Shown here: piece after piece, positions 13,250-25,900 of the stretch | How positions within the stretch are numbered: the stretch's first letter is position 1 | Layout of the letters: each line of letters starts with the position of its first letter | Assembly: GCA_951406725.2 (NCBI GenBank) | Contig: OX597816.1 | Span: 111,724,001-111,788,000 of the forward strand | Direction of reading: 5' to 3' | DNA length: 64,000 bases | Origin: Octopus vulgaris | Lineage: Eukaryota | Notes under the pieces: model-generated | Seen by the model: only the letters and a program-made list of their open reading frames with translations | Database searches by the model: none | Told to the model about the DNA's origin: nothing | Translations under genes and position numbers: made by a program

Positions 13250-13850
13250 CGTTGGTAAATCATAAATCTGAAAAAGAAGCACATTCTGAGTTATAGAGCA
13301 GTATAGTATAAAGATAGATAAGGCTGGTCTATGGGATTACTCTGGGCTTCATGTCCATATAGCACCTAGCTTTACAGCACATCATCAGACCCCGAAACCT
13401 GTTGGCAACATGGCCTCTGTAGCAAATGGCCTTTCTAGAAAATGGAGAAGGAAAAGACTTCATTACTCTGTCAACAAAAGGGGAATGTCTCCCTTTGGCT
13501 GTTATCCGTAATCAACTCTCTTACCGTGCATGTCTCAGGACACCAGCAGGAACTTCCTGAAGTGCAAACAGGGTCCAAAGATTTCCATTCTGAAGTTAAG
13601 CATATTCTGTGTGTCGAGAGAGTCCTTTAATATCCTCACCCATTCAGCTATGCACGGTTTACAACGCTTGTTCCTATTAATGTAGGGGTCTGGATTTTTT
13701 AGGATTCTCCATGATATTACATGTGGAATTCCTTTGTCCTTCAGTTGCCATACATGGTTGGCTAATGTCGTAATGTATCTTCTTTCTGATATCCTGAAAG
13801 AGGATCTGTGGTTGGATAGGCATTGCTTGAATGTGTTAGGCATTGCTTGA
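13250..13850 (-). mobile_element. Penelope-like element 3' end: GIY-YIG C-terminal fragment plus HHR-bearing terminus
   Basis: ORF 13535-13879 reads TFKQCLSNHRSSF...TTLANHVWQLKDKGI...WRIL...PY...RCKPC...E...LNFRMEIFGPCLH, resembling a PLE GIY-YIG C-terminus with CxxC/CxH motifs. It ends at a TA tract. Confidence 0.8.
13333..13393 (-). ncRNA. Type I hammerhead ribozyme, degenerate
   Basis: GGGGU-CUGAUGA-[UGU...ACA stem II]-GAAG(A>G)-CCCAGA-GUA-AUCCC. Stem I pairs, but the GAAA box and stem III are mutated. Confidence 0.65.
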
Positions 13851-14931
13851 ATGTGAAAATGCAGCGATAACAACATCAATGGCAGTATCTGTTCGTGTTT
13901 CTGCTGCTGCTGTTTTTAGTATTGACATTCCAGCTACTGTAATAGTCCTCAAGGAAGGTGCTGATATTGTTGCTGCTGCTACTAGGGTCGGCTAGAACCT
14001 CAGCTTCATAGACGACTCTCTTGGCTTGGTCCCACTGCATAGATATTGTTGGCTGGTGTCCTCTAGCATAGCCACAGGTTGTTGACCAGTGGTACCTTGT
14101 GAGTAAAACTGGTCAGTGGAAATTGGAAGAAACCTTGCATGTGTGTGTGTGTGTGCATGTGTGTGTGTGTGTATTGATGAGTTCATATTACCTCTGCACA
14201 TGTGTACATACTGTCTGTAAACAAATGCCTTGCTGGTTATTTGTTTGAAGCTCATGTAAAAAAACATATCCGCGCTTCTTGATATGTTTGCTGATTGTTA
14301 GCAGAATCCTCATCGTTTTTATTGACAGTCCTTCACGAAAACATGTCTGGACTTTCTGTGGTTCAATGGACTTGGGTATTATTACTTTGCTTAGAAATAA
14401 GTTAGGGTTGGTCTCAAGAAGGATATTTATTCATAGAAGGCTCTACCTCAAAGTAGTTTCATGAGACTCAAGTAACCATGGAAAAGTAAAAGTTAAAAAT
14501 GATGATGATGAGGAGGATTCGTGTGTGCTGTTTGTCTCTCACAACCTGACAACTGCCGTTAATTTATTTATGCCCAAATAATTTATAAATTTATAAAAGA
14601 GAGACAGGTATAAAAAGTACAAGTCTTGAAAAAAATACTAGGGTCAAGTTTGGTTGACTAAACTTTTAGGGTGGTGCTCCAGCATGGTTACAGTCGAATA
14701 ACTGAAAACAATAAAAGAGATGTTTTGTTGTTGTTTCAGGCCACAGTGATCACACAAACCTATGAACACAGATCTTGTCTGGCAACCTTCTTTTTATTAG
14801 GTATATTATGTCCAGTTCAATATGTCCCTTTTTAAAAGAAAAATGGTGGTAGGAGCAGTTGATTGTTGTTTATAGCAATTCTAAAGAAGTTTCTCAGATA
14901 TAATTTAAAGATACTGTCATAGTTTTATACA

Positions 14932-15260
14932 GTGAAGACTCCTGGATCAATGGTTAAAGCATTGGGCTCACAATCATGAGGCAGTGAGTTTGATTCCCAG
15001 ATTGGGAAGACACTTGAGCAAGACACCTTATTCTACATCGCTCCAGTTCACTCAGCTCTAGAAATTAGTTACAATGTCAATGGTGCCAAGCTGTATCTGC
15101 CTTTCCCCCGAATAACATCAGTGGCACAGTGTGGAGAGACTGGTATGCATAGGCGTCTGCTGGTCTTCCATGAACAATCTTGCTCGGATTTGTTCCTCGG
15201 AGAGAAACTTTCTAAGCACAATCCCATTGCCATTCATGACCAAAGTGGGTCTTTACCCTT
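14932..15260 (+). mobile_element. SINE family C, near full-length, decayed
   Basis: Colinear with 37659-38002, including the 3' ttctaagcacaatccc...catgaccaaagtgggtctttaccc. Confidence 0.85.
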
Positions 15261-17829
15261 TTTTTATAGTTTTATAGATAGTCCAGGGACTATCTTGTTT
15301 CACTTCTTAAGCAGTGGAGAAACAAATCAGCTTCATGGCCCTTTATTTTTCAGAGACTCGAAATCACCCAGTGACCGGATGATGATATTAAACTGGACAA
15401 CGGTTTAAGTTTATTACCCATGTAGGTCATGGTAAGATAATGTGAAGCATCTTATCCAAGACATCAGCAATTCCAGGAAGCTATCGAATCTAACCTCAGT
15501 GAGATTTGAAATTAAAAGACAGTGAATCACAACAAACACGACAAGGTATTTAATACCAGCCTCTAATGACTGCCTCTTTATCCTTTTTCTCATTAAATGT
15601 ATTTATTATTACATTTAGGTTAATTAGTACACTTAGGTTAAAAGTATAAAAAATATTGACTCACCTCAAAAGACATCAATGACTTAGTCTCAGATCTTGT
15701 TAATCAGTGTAACTAAACTTAATGTATTGAAATAAAACAACAAAATAAGAAACCAACATATGTGACATTTTATTGAGCTTGTGGATTACTGGCATAATGA
15801 TGCATCATTAGTGGTTAATTGGCTAATTAATGAAAGTAATTGAGGTTGTGATGGACATGGAGTTGCGTTTAATACATCAAAGACGTCACATATAGGGATC
15901 ACCTGCTCAGATATGATTGACGTGGGACTAAACAACCCTGTTCACCTATACTTAGCACCGTGCAGTTTAAATGTTTCTCAAACCAAGCAAGAGACATTAA
16001 TTTTTAAATAATCTAAATGAAACATATCTATAATATTAAGGATTCTATCAATCAGGGTTCACTATGTCGCTGCATCCAGAAAATTTCCTCTCCAGGTAAC
16101 AAGCCTGGTCTGGGTTTACTTATTAATTTATTTATTTTGTGAGTTTGGTTGTGGAGACCCACAGTTGCCCATGCAGCAAGTCCCCACCCCCACCCTCTTG
16201 ATGCCATTGATATTCTTCAAGGAAAAGGTAAAGATTAATACAGAGAGACAGTAGTGTTACTGGAGACAAGCTCAGAACATAAAAAGCTGAAACAAATACC
16301 ACAAGGTATTTTGTCCAATGCTTCTACAATTCCATAAATCCATTGTCTTGGATTGATATTTATTTTACTAGACTTGAAGGACCTAAAGTGAAATTCACTT
16401 CATCGGAATTTGATCTCATAATATTAATAACATTAAGGCAATGTGCTTGTGCGTATGTGTGTATATATATTGTGTATGTATGTATAAATGTATTCGTATG
16501 TATGTATACAGTAAAGTGTTTTTAGCAAATTGATGATTTATAAATGTGCAAATGAGTATCACAATAACACAAGTAAAGATAGAGGGTCATTTTCGTTTTC
16601 TTCCAACCACAAATTTTAATCTGATATATACTTTTGAAATAATTTTGCATGTTGATCACAAATATCACATTCTTTACTTTGAAAAATTTATAATAAAGAA
16701 GTTAGAAGTATTTAAAGCTGTGGTGTTTTTAGTTAATGAATTTTAAACCAATCTTCACAGAGGAATTCAAAACTATTTGTTGTCATGGCAACTCCATTCA
16801 TTAATTATTTTTTCATCCCATAGCTGCATATACTGGAGATGTAGTAGGGGAGAATGTCGAGAATCTGCATCCATTAGAAGAGGAACGTGGTTAGAAGATG
16901 GAACCCTTCGACTTCGGAGTTTGGTATTATTTATCTACAACTATGTCAAAACAGTAGACAACTGGGTTTTATAAAGGTGTCGTAGTAGACTAAAAATATG
17001 TAAAACTGAACTGTCGACGTTAGAGTCTCACCATACCAAGGTGTCAGGTGATGCCCATGAGGGTGCTTGGCTGTTCTGACGCCATAATCTTGCCATTGTC
17101 CATGGAATGCCTTAAACATGTTGGCTTGCTTCAGTAGGCTCCGTTGAACATTGTGGTGTGAGACCAATTGAGGCACTTGGTGTTGAAATGGTGTTTTTTT
17201 CCTTTTTATCTTTATTTGTTTTTCTTATCTCTCTTTGTTCCTCCTTTTCCATTTTTCTTCCTGGTTTTGTATTTATAGTTTTAATGTTGTTTTGTATTAT
17301 ATGTATTCCAATAAAGTTGATATTATACTTGAAATGTTGTATGCATTCTTTGAATTTCTTGATTTCGAGGCTTTTGCCACCGAATAATTTACTAATATAT
17401 TGCCATTTTCACTGTTGCATATGTTTTAGTGTTTCCAGACATGTTGGTGTTTCCCTATTTTTTGTAATTTTGGACATTGTTTCCTTCTTACCCTCTCATT
17501 CAATCATTATATTGTTTTATAAAAGTCTGTTGTTTTTTTTTCAATTTTATCTTTATTTTTTTTTACGTTTAATATGAACTTTTATCAACCAAGATATTGA
17601 TTATACACACATTTATTATATTTTATTATTGCATTATTACTCATTTTTTTAAAGTAATTAAACCTACCTTGAATTAAGTGCATTCATCTTTTTACGTATC
17701 CCCAAATATTTTTTCCACACTCTTACATATTTCGAAATTGATTACTTCCATTTTATTTTCATCAATCTTTTCCCCTGTACTTGTGTGTCTGTTTCTACCT
17801 GCTTTGGACTCTTCAGTAATAATCCTTTC

Positions 17830-17988
17830 TATCAAAGGCACAAGGCCTGAAATTCACTGGTACTTAATTTATCGATCCTGAAAGGTAAAGTCCACCTCAG
17901 TGGCATTTGAACTCAGAACGTACCAGCAGCTGAAATACTGCTGAACATTTTACCCAGCATGCTGATGATTCTATCAGCTTGCCACCTT
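17830..17988 (-). mobile_element. SINE family A copy with internal deletion
   Basis: Family A motifs (ggcacaaggcc, aaaggtaaagtc-acctc, gaactcagaac, cagcttgccacct). Confidence 0.75.
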
Positions 17989-18269
17989 ACCATCAGGTCT
18001 CTATTTAATGCATGTTTTCTAATTGCTTCAACCTCCCCTATGTACTCATACTTGTTTATCCATATTTGATACAAATTGTCATTTGTGACTTAACCTAGCA
18101 TCATTTAACCTAGCTTCCATATTTTCTTGTTTTCTTTTCTTTTCTTTTTCTTCTGCATTTTTTTCTTTCTTTTCCTCTTCTACACATTTCTTTCTATCCT
18201 GCATGTCATGAATTTGCCACTTACCATTTTCTTTAGCAAGTTCTTTTTATTTTATTCATTTATTTATAG

Positions 18270-18660
18270 CTATAGGTGTGACTGTCTCCTAAAGAGGTTT
18301 GGTTCCAAACCACATGGTTCCAGGTTCAATTCTCTTGCATGACACATTGGGTAAGTGCCTTCTACTATAGCCCCGGACTGATCAAAGCCTTGTGAGTGAA
18401 TTTGGTTGATAGAAAATGAAAGGAGTCGTGTATGTGCATGTGTGTGTGTGTGTGTGCATGTGTATTTGTGTCTGTGTTAATCTTCCATCACAGTTTTACA
18501 ACAGATGTAAGTATGTTTGCATTCTCATAACTTAGCAGTTCAGCAAAACTGAATGATAGAATAAATAACAAGCCTTTAAGAAGTAAGTACTGGTATCTAT
18601 TAGTTCAACTAAAATTCTTCAACATGGCTACAGAATAATGACTGAACCAAGATAAAAGAT
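18270..18660 (+). mobile_element. SINE family B with (TG)n linker and tail
   Basis: accacatggttccaggttcaa...gggtaagtgccttctactatagcc...aaagccttgtgagtgaatttgg, homologous to 53605-54035. Confidence 0.8.
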
Positions 18661-20365
18661 GGATTTTTAATTTGATTTTTGAGATACACTCATTCACCAT
18701 TATTCATAATTCTAATTTATATAATTTACGAAATATTTTTCTTAAATTGTTCATTTCTAAAAGGGAATTTTTCCTTCCCTGCAGGTACCATACCTATTCT
18801 AATTTATATAGGCAAGTTATGTAATTCAGTTTAAATCCAATTTCAACTCATTTGTCAATGGCCAGTCATTTTCAACCAACAAATTTCCTGTTATTTTCAG
18901 AAGTCATAAACCCCTATCTGGTCAGCTTTAACTGTTTATTAAAGAGTTACTAAATAAATATCATGATGGTGATTATACATATTAATAAATGATTATAGTT
19001 TCTAAAATTTCTTTACAGTCTGATGATCAGTTATATGAAAGTCTGAATAGCAGTCTGTAAAATCATTTCAACTTCAAAAACGTTATATATATTTATAGAA
19101 TCCATATAGAGTGGATAGCTAGCTAGTTACTGATGGATATATGTATGTGTGTGTGTGTTTGTGTATATATATATATATATGTATATAAATACATATATAT
19201 ATAGAGAGAGAGGGAGAGAGAGAGAGAGAGATAGATAAATAGATAGATAGAAAGATAGATAGATGTGTGTGTGTAAGTTATATATATATACATTTATATA
19301 TAAATATAATTTATTAAAATATGAGCTATAACATTTGCTTAACAGAATTATTAACGTTCTGTGAAATGTGTGTGTGTGTGCGTGTGTGTATTTGTGTGTT
19401 TGCTTCTGCATATATACCATTAATAAAAATATTTTTATGACTTAAATTTTACAATTATTTTCCATTTAACAATCATAAAAATTATGAGGCAAATTATATG
19501 TTTGGTAGTTACTTATGATTTTGAACATATTTAGATTTTTTTTTATCTGGTATTCTAGAAGCTATTTGATGAAGAGATTGTTTATATTATGTTGATTTAT
19601 TGGCTCTCCATTATATTTCACTTGTGTGTATGTATGTGTGTGAGTGTAACAGTTTCATAACCTTGAGATGTATAGTTTTACGATCATTAAATTATTTTAA
19701 AACCTATATAATAAATATACTTCTATCTGGAGTTTAGTATTTAGTAAAAATAAATAAACTAGTAGATTTTAATTTGTATTCAGTATTTTTCATGAGTCAA
19801 AGCAGAATTGAACTCTGTCCATGTTCTTCTAAGAATATTTCAGCAGTATCATGGACAGCAAATAACTATGTATGCTGCAAGAGAACTTCTACATAGTTAA
19901 TTTATCTGCTAGAAGTAACAATCACATTTTACTCACATTTCCTTTTACCTCAAACCATATCATCTTTTATTTTAAGAAGAACACTTCTAAATATGTTATG
20001 CCTGGAATAAGACATGAGATTAAATATAAAATATAGGCTTAAATGCTTTGGATTATACTTAGTTTTCTACAATTTGGTGGCACGAATGTCATCACGCTGT
20101 AGAAAGCTGTGCCTCAACATACTTGAGCTTAAAACATGCAAGCATGGAAAAGTAGAAGTTACGATAATGATTATGATGATGATGATGATGATGGTGGCGG
20201 TGATGAATGTATTTAGAAAAATATTAACTTTATAGTCTTCTAAATAGTTGATTTTATTGTTTATCTCCAAATCAGCTTCATCTGTGCAGGTATTTAAACT
20301 TATTTAATCCCATGTTTTATTCCAGGAATAGCATATTTAGAGATATATTAACCAATGTGTTTTTC

Positions 20366-20415
<50 letters not shown>

Positions 20416-21437
20416 TTGTTCACTTTTGTTTCTGCTTTACCTGAGTTCTTTTGGGTTTTTATATAGACTTTGTGAAGTTAACTTTCGGGGAGGTGGAGCT
20501 ATGTGAATGATAATTAGGTGTGGTGTGTCGAAAGGAAGGATAGAATGAAAATAAGTGTTCAAAGGATGGGGTTGATATAAAGATTTTGTGAGATTTTATT
20601 TGGTTTGATATGGGAAGTGTGGAAGAAATGTGTAAACAGTCATGTCAAATTCAGGTCACAACTTTCTTCATATAAAATGGTTTTTGTGTCTGTTTTAGGG
20701 TTCACAAAAGAATGAGTGTAGATAAATTAGTCCGCCCTTGAACATGTGCCAGACTGAGAGAGAATTGGTTCTGGTGTTGTTGGATTTCTATTAAGAGAAT
20801 TGGTGGTTTGGGACGGTTACGATTGGAGAGGTTATGTTACTATAAACATTTATTGAAATTTTGTAGTATGCTTTTAGCGAGGTTATTTTTATATATATCA
20901 TTGTAAGGAAATGCATATTAGTAATACTAAATGGTTCATTATACATTCAGAAAATCACATAATGAGGAAGTAGTTTTCCATATATCCATGTATAAAGGGA
21001 GATATACATGTATAAACAATACATGAATAAATAATATATAAATATTGCAATACACAGACTTATCAACCCATGGATGCATATATGCCATTGTCCATATACA
21101 TATTTGTATATTCACATATACACACACCACTTGACAACCGGTGTTGGTTTGTTTACATTTAACATATCAATAGAATAACTGTTATTCTTTAAAAAATGAG
21201 TACTGGGAACTTTTGTTCAACTAAACTCTTCAAGACCATGCACCAGTTTGGTCACAACCTAGTTACTGAAACAAGTAAATGATAATAGATATATATTTAT
21301 ATTTACTTGTTTATTTATTTTATCTAATTATTTATAATGGCACAGACGTTAATCACATGTACACCAGTTCTGTCCAATTGCATGGCACCTTGGTCAAGTG
21401 TTTTTTTCCTATAACTCCAGGCAGATGGGAGTAAATC

Positions 21438-21468
<31 letters not shown>

Positions 21469-22083
21469 TACAAAAGACAGGATGTGTGTGTGTGTGTATA
21501 CGTGAATGTAATTTATGGAGATTCACAAATTAGCATGTATGTCACTCCAATTTAGGAAAACATGGGTCACGGCCGTGGCTTTGTTTTCGTTGACTTATTT
21601 TTCCCAAGGCACCCATGGGTAGTGGTAAAGATCGAGTTTCAACCATAACTTTTACAAATTTCCATGTCAGGGAAATCTGTAAGTTTGCTAACATGAGTTA
21701 ATTCCCCTATCTAGCAGTGGTGTAAAAGAAAAACAAAGGGTAAATTTTTAGATTAACACCCGCAATTATTTTCACTAAGAAAAAAATAAACTTGGATTTT
21801 TGCATGGAATCAAGTACCCTGACCTACTAATATGCTGCAAATCCTTTATTTTGGTTTGGCAAGAAGGGGGTAGGGCGAGGGAGCCCCCCCCCTTCCTGGA
21901 ATCATCGGGAATTTTTTCGCTGAATGAATACCTGTAACCTCCTAATATATTACAAAAGTCTTGGGGGGGGGGGTAAAAAAATGGGTGGGGTGAGGTGGAA
22001 GGCTTGGAAATTTTACCCACTCCCAACATTTTACAGAAATAAATTTTCCAGAGTGTGAATTACATGGTCCATTATTAAATATA

Positions 22084-22893
22084 TGTATTTTTGTTATTTT
22101 TTATTTGCCCTGTCCGCGTGAACTAACAGTCGTACTGGCTTTCATGGGAAACATGTATTTTTCGTGGTTGAAACCTTTTGGATTAACTGGTGCTAGAGTG
22201 ATCAATATAGTGACCACTCTCTTATATTTATTTTGTGAAAATATTATAATATGTTATAAAATATTATAATAATCCAGGTTTCTCGTAGCACTAGGCCACT
22301 TGGTGTGGAATAAATATACTATTAAATTAGTATCTAATTCTCTCACCCTTATTAATTAATTATAATTATGCTGCATTTATTTCTAAATGCTGTATTTGTT
22401 TTCCGTGTGAGTTTGGCGCGCTGTTGGTTGGGGCATTTGAATTATAACGTCCGATGTAATCAATTGAACCGCACGCGTATTTATCGTTATGGTAAAATCT
22501 GGCGTGTGATTGAGTGGATTTCATCCAGATAGTCTTGGCTGAAGAGCTACAAATGGATTATTGTAAGTAATATTACATTTAATTCATTAATAGCGAAACA
22601 ATTGTCCCAAAATAATCTGTATTTTTGTTATTTTTATTTGCCCTGTCCGCGTGAACTAACAGTCGTACTGGCTTTCATGGGAAACATGTATTTTTCGTGG
22701 TTGAAACCTTTTGGATTAACTGGTGCTAGAGTGATCAATATAGTGACCACTCTCTTATATTTATTTTGTGAAAATATTATAATATGTTATAAAATATTAT
22801 AATAATCCAGGTTTCTCGTAGCACTAGGCCACTTGGTGTGGAATAAATATACTATTAAATTAGTATCTAATTCTCTCACCCTTATTAATTAAT

Positions 22894-22897
<4 letters not shown>
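22084..22897 (+). mobile_element. Retrozyme-like / non-autonomous PLE partial tandem (A-B-A, 534-bp period)
   Basis: Direct repeats of about 280 bp (22084-22364 and 22618-22897) appear identical except for one T indel. The intervening segment ends in an intact HHR, and the element ends in (TA)n. Confidence 0.8.
22535..22610 (+). ncRNA. Type I hammerhead ribozyme, intact
   Basis: UUGG-CUGAAGA-GCUA[extended stem II]UAGC-GAAA-CAAUUG-UC^CCAA. All core nucleotides are present, stem I is UUGG/CCAA, stem III is palindromic, and the GUC cleavage site falls after 22606. Confidence 0.9.
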
Positions 22898-22926
<29 letters not shown>

Positions 22927-25900
22927 AGTAGAGAATATGACATTTATATTGTGTGTGTGTGTGTGTTTGTGGACATATATATATATAATACTGTGCAAAT
23001 TTTCGATGCAGATCTTCGAGGCAACCTTCTCCAATGCATATCTTTGATACAGCCTTGACTGATAGTACCCCTAGGAGAGGTTAGGACTAGATCGGGATTA
23101 CTCACTGCCGTTTAGAGGCTCCTGAGCCCCCTTTCACTAGTTTAGCTTAGGCTTAGGTTAAGGCTTAGTTGTGATCTGAACTTAACCTCTTCTGACACAG
23201 AGGATTGGGAGCCCTTTAGGGTTTCTATTTTCCTTGCTAGAAGGGCTCCCAACCAAGTAGGGTTAGATGATGAAGGTAGTGGTTTCGAAAAGGTCAGCAT
23301 GTGCAACCTAATCACTTCTGCCGGTCAAGCTCCCAACCCATGCAACACCATCATGACACTGATTCTGCAGAACTGTGTTGGGTGTGAAATCTAACTTTAA
23401 AGTATAAATATAGATTGTTTTTGAATCAGCACTGTTGTGGTCAGTTAAGTCCTATTTGAGATGAAAAAAATCAATGAACTGATTCCTTATGGGGTTTTCC
23501 TTTCAATCAGGATGAAAATCGATAAAATGATTCCTTATGGGATTTCCCACTAAAATTGGCTACACCCCATTTTTCAACCATAACTTTTACCAATTTTGAC
23601 GTATTTTGTTCAAACTTAATGCCTTACATAGGACTCATGGGATCTTTGAATGCTTTAAGTGCTCCAAAAAAAAAAAAATACTTGATGAGTGGAAAAATCA
23701 ATAAACCAATTCCTTATGGGATTTCCCAATCAAATTGTCTGCAAACTATTTTCAGCCAAGCGTTTACCAATTTCAATGGATTTCACTCAAATTTCACATT
23801 GGTGTTACTTAGTTTGGTTTGAAACAAAGCGTTCGATTAACTTGATAATCCTAACTTAATCTCAGGCAATGTCGGGCTATACTGCTTGTATATATATATA
23901 TATATATATATACATCATTATCATTGATGTCCATGTTTCATGCTAGAATGTGTTGGACTGGACCCAATGGACCCAAGGACTGCATTGTGCTGTAGTGTCT
24001 CTTTGACATTATTTCTACCACTGGATGCCCATCCTAACACAAACGGCATTACAGTGTATACTGCATGCTTTACATGTTCCATCAGCTCTAGTGAGTCACC
24101 ATACAGCTTGCAAACCTGTGAACCTCAAGTGTGGAGGAAGAAATTTCTGCTTACAGAATAAGGAGTAAAGAAGGATAAAGTATGAGGAAAAACCCCCACA
24201 ACAAGCAGGTCTCTTGCTGAATGGGATACCACTAGAAGAAGAGAGAGTGGGGACGAAAGTGAAAATTTGTGACAATGTGTCTTAGTGAAGCTTCAGGGCA
24301 CAAGGTGGTTTGCAATGAGTAGGGTAGGAGTGCCAGAATGGAGTGGGATGAGTATAGGATGTCTAGTACAGGATGACAGAACAGAGATAATGTTTGAGTA
24401 AACCAAGGGATGAAAGGGAGACGGTATGCAGTAGGGTATGTTGCAGTATCAGATGAGGAAGAGAGGCAAGTGCAGTGTGTGAGGAGGGTGGGTCAGGTGG
24501 GATAAGTTGGTAGCAGAGAAAGGAGGTGGGAATAATCAATGAAAGTATGGGCAGCAATCAGGTTTAATGGATGAACACTGGATAATAAGGAAAGTGGTTC
24601 TGGTTAGCAAGAGAAGTGATATTAAAGAGGAACTGCAGCTGGGGAGTTATGAGTGGTAGGCATCTTGACAATGAGAAACTGCACCAATTTGTCATACAAT
24701 GGGACTTTGAAGGTAACTCAATGGAACCACCCCCTATGCACGTACACACACACACACGCACATATATATATATACAGATGCACAGCTCTGCTGGAGCTCA
24801 GTTACGCAAACATGAGCAGGTCTTCACAATAATGTTATTTAAAAATTGAACCAGTTGACCATGGCCAACTGTATAATTATATAAGTGAACCTATAACTGC
24901 ATAAGTGATTGTTTATGATCAGTGTTATTACTATAGCCAACCTGTCTTTGTAAATGATATACTGATTTAAGATTTAGGACTACATTTATGAGCTGCTTAT
25001 TTTGAAGACAATGAAGAAATTGTTTAAGAACATCAAGATGTTATATTGAGCAAATGGAGCAATTATATATAAAACTTTTGTATTATTTATGTTGAGTTTT
25101 AGTTAATTAATTCAAATTTGTTGATTGCAAGTTCTTGAAATACTTTGTGCAATACTACTGTCATTGCTGTAACTGTTAAGTAGGGCTACTGTGTTGAAAG
25201 CATAGGAAAATTGGATTTCTAGTTGTAAACATCCTGTCTTAATTGCATAGAATATCTTCAGAAGATTTAAAACATTAGAGTGGGATTCCTGTCTCCAAGG
25301 TAGTTTGGTATTTTTGTGCTTCATCTTTAATATTTGCATATGGATAAAATTTGTGCATGAACACTGGACAAAATTCCTTGTAGTTTTTCTTCTAGCTCTT
25401 TATGTTCTAAGTTCAGATCCAACCAATGTCAGTTTTGCATTTCATCCTTCCAGCGTCTATAACATAAAATATTGGTCAAGCACAGAGGTCAATTTATTAT
25501 TGGTTACAACTTTATACAATCCGAGTTAAAATCTAAATTTTGCATTGCCTTGCACCTTTCTGGCATTGATGAAATATATGCAAGTGAAATACTGGAGTTG
25601 ATATAATCAACACTAAGTCTACTTTAAAAAAAAAGAAGCCTCATGCCTATATAAGAAATATCATTATTTGTATTACTAAAAAGACTTTTGGATTAACTGA
25701 GTTGATGGAGCAGGCCCCACACATTATATAGTTAAACCTCAGAATAATCTATGTTTAAATCCTGCCATTGTCTACTTTGCCTTCCATCATTATGGCATTT
25801 ATAAAGTACCTGAATACATACTGAAGTTGATATAACTGATTTGTGCCAGTGTTAAGTCATAAGTTCCATTTCTCTTTTCCAGGCTCTAATTTTACTAAAT

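Larger units (their letters stand above)
21460..23888 (+). mobile_element. Older Helitron-like element hosting nested insertions
   Basis: The 3' end ctcaggcaatgtcgggctatactgcttg|t resembles the Helitron terminus at 10810. The 5' end is (ta)n-caaaag...(tg)n, and the internal repeat ttcaaccataactt occurs at about 21638 and 23572. The 5' boundary is uncertain. Confidence 0.55.

Noticed and set aside
17158-17800. Hydrophobic Phe/Leu-rich ORFs
   Set aside because: They come from T-rich strand bias, probably the antisense of an old retroelement remnant, and contain no domain motifs.
19016-19050. Other CTGATGA hits (also about 789, 8135, 11634, 39490, 42625)
   Set aside because: No consistent stems I, II and III around them.
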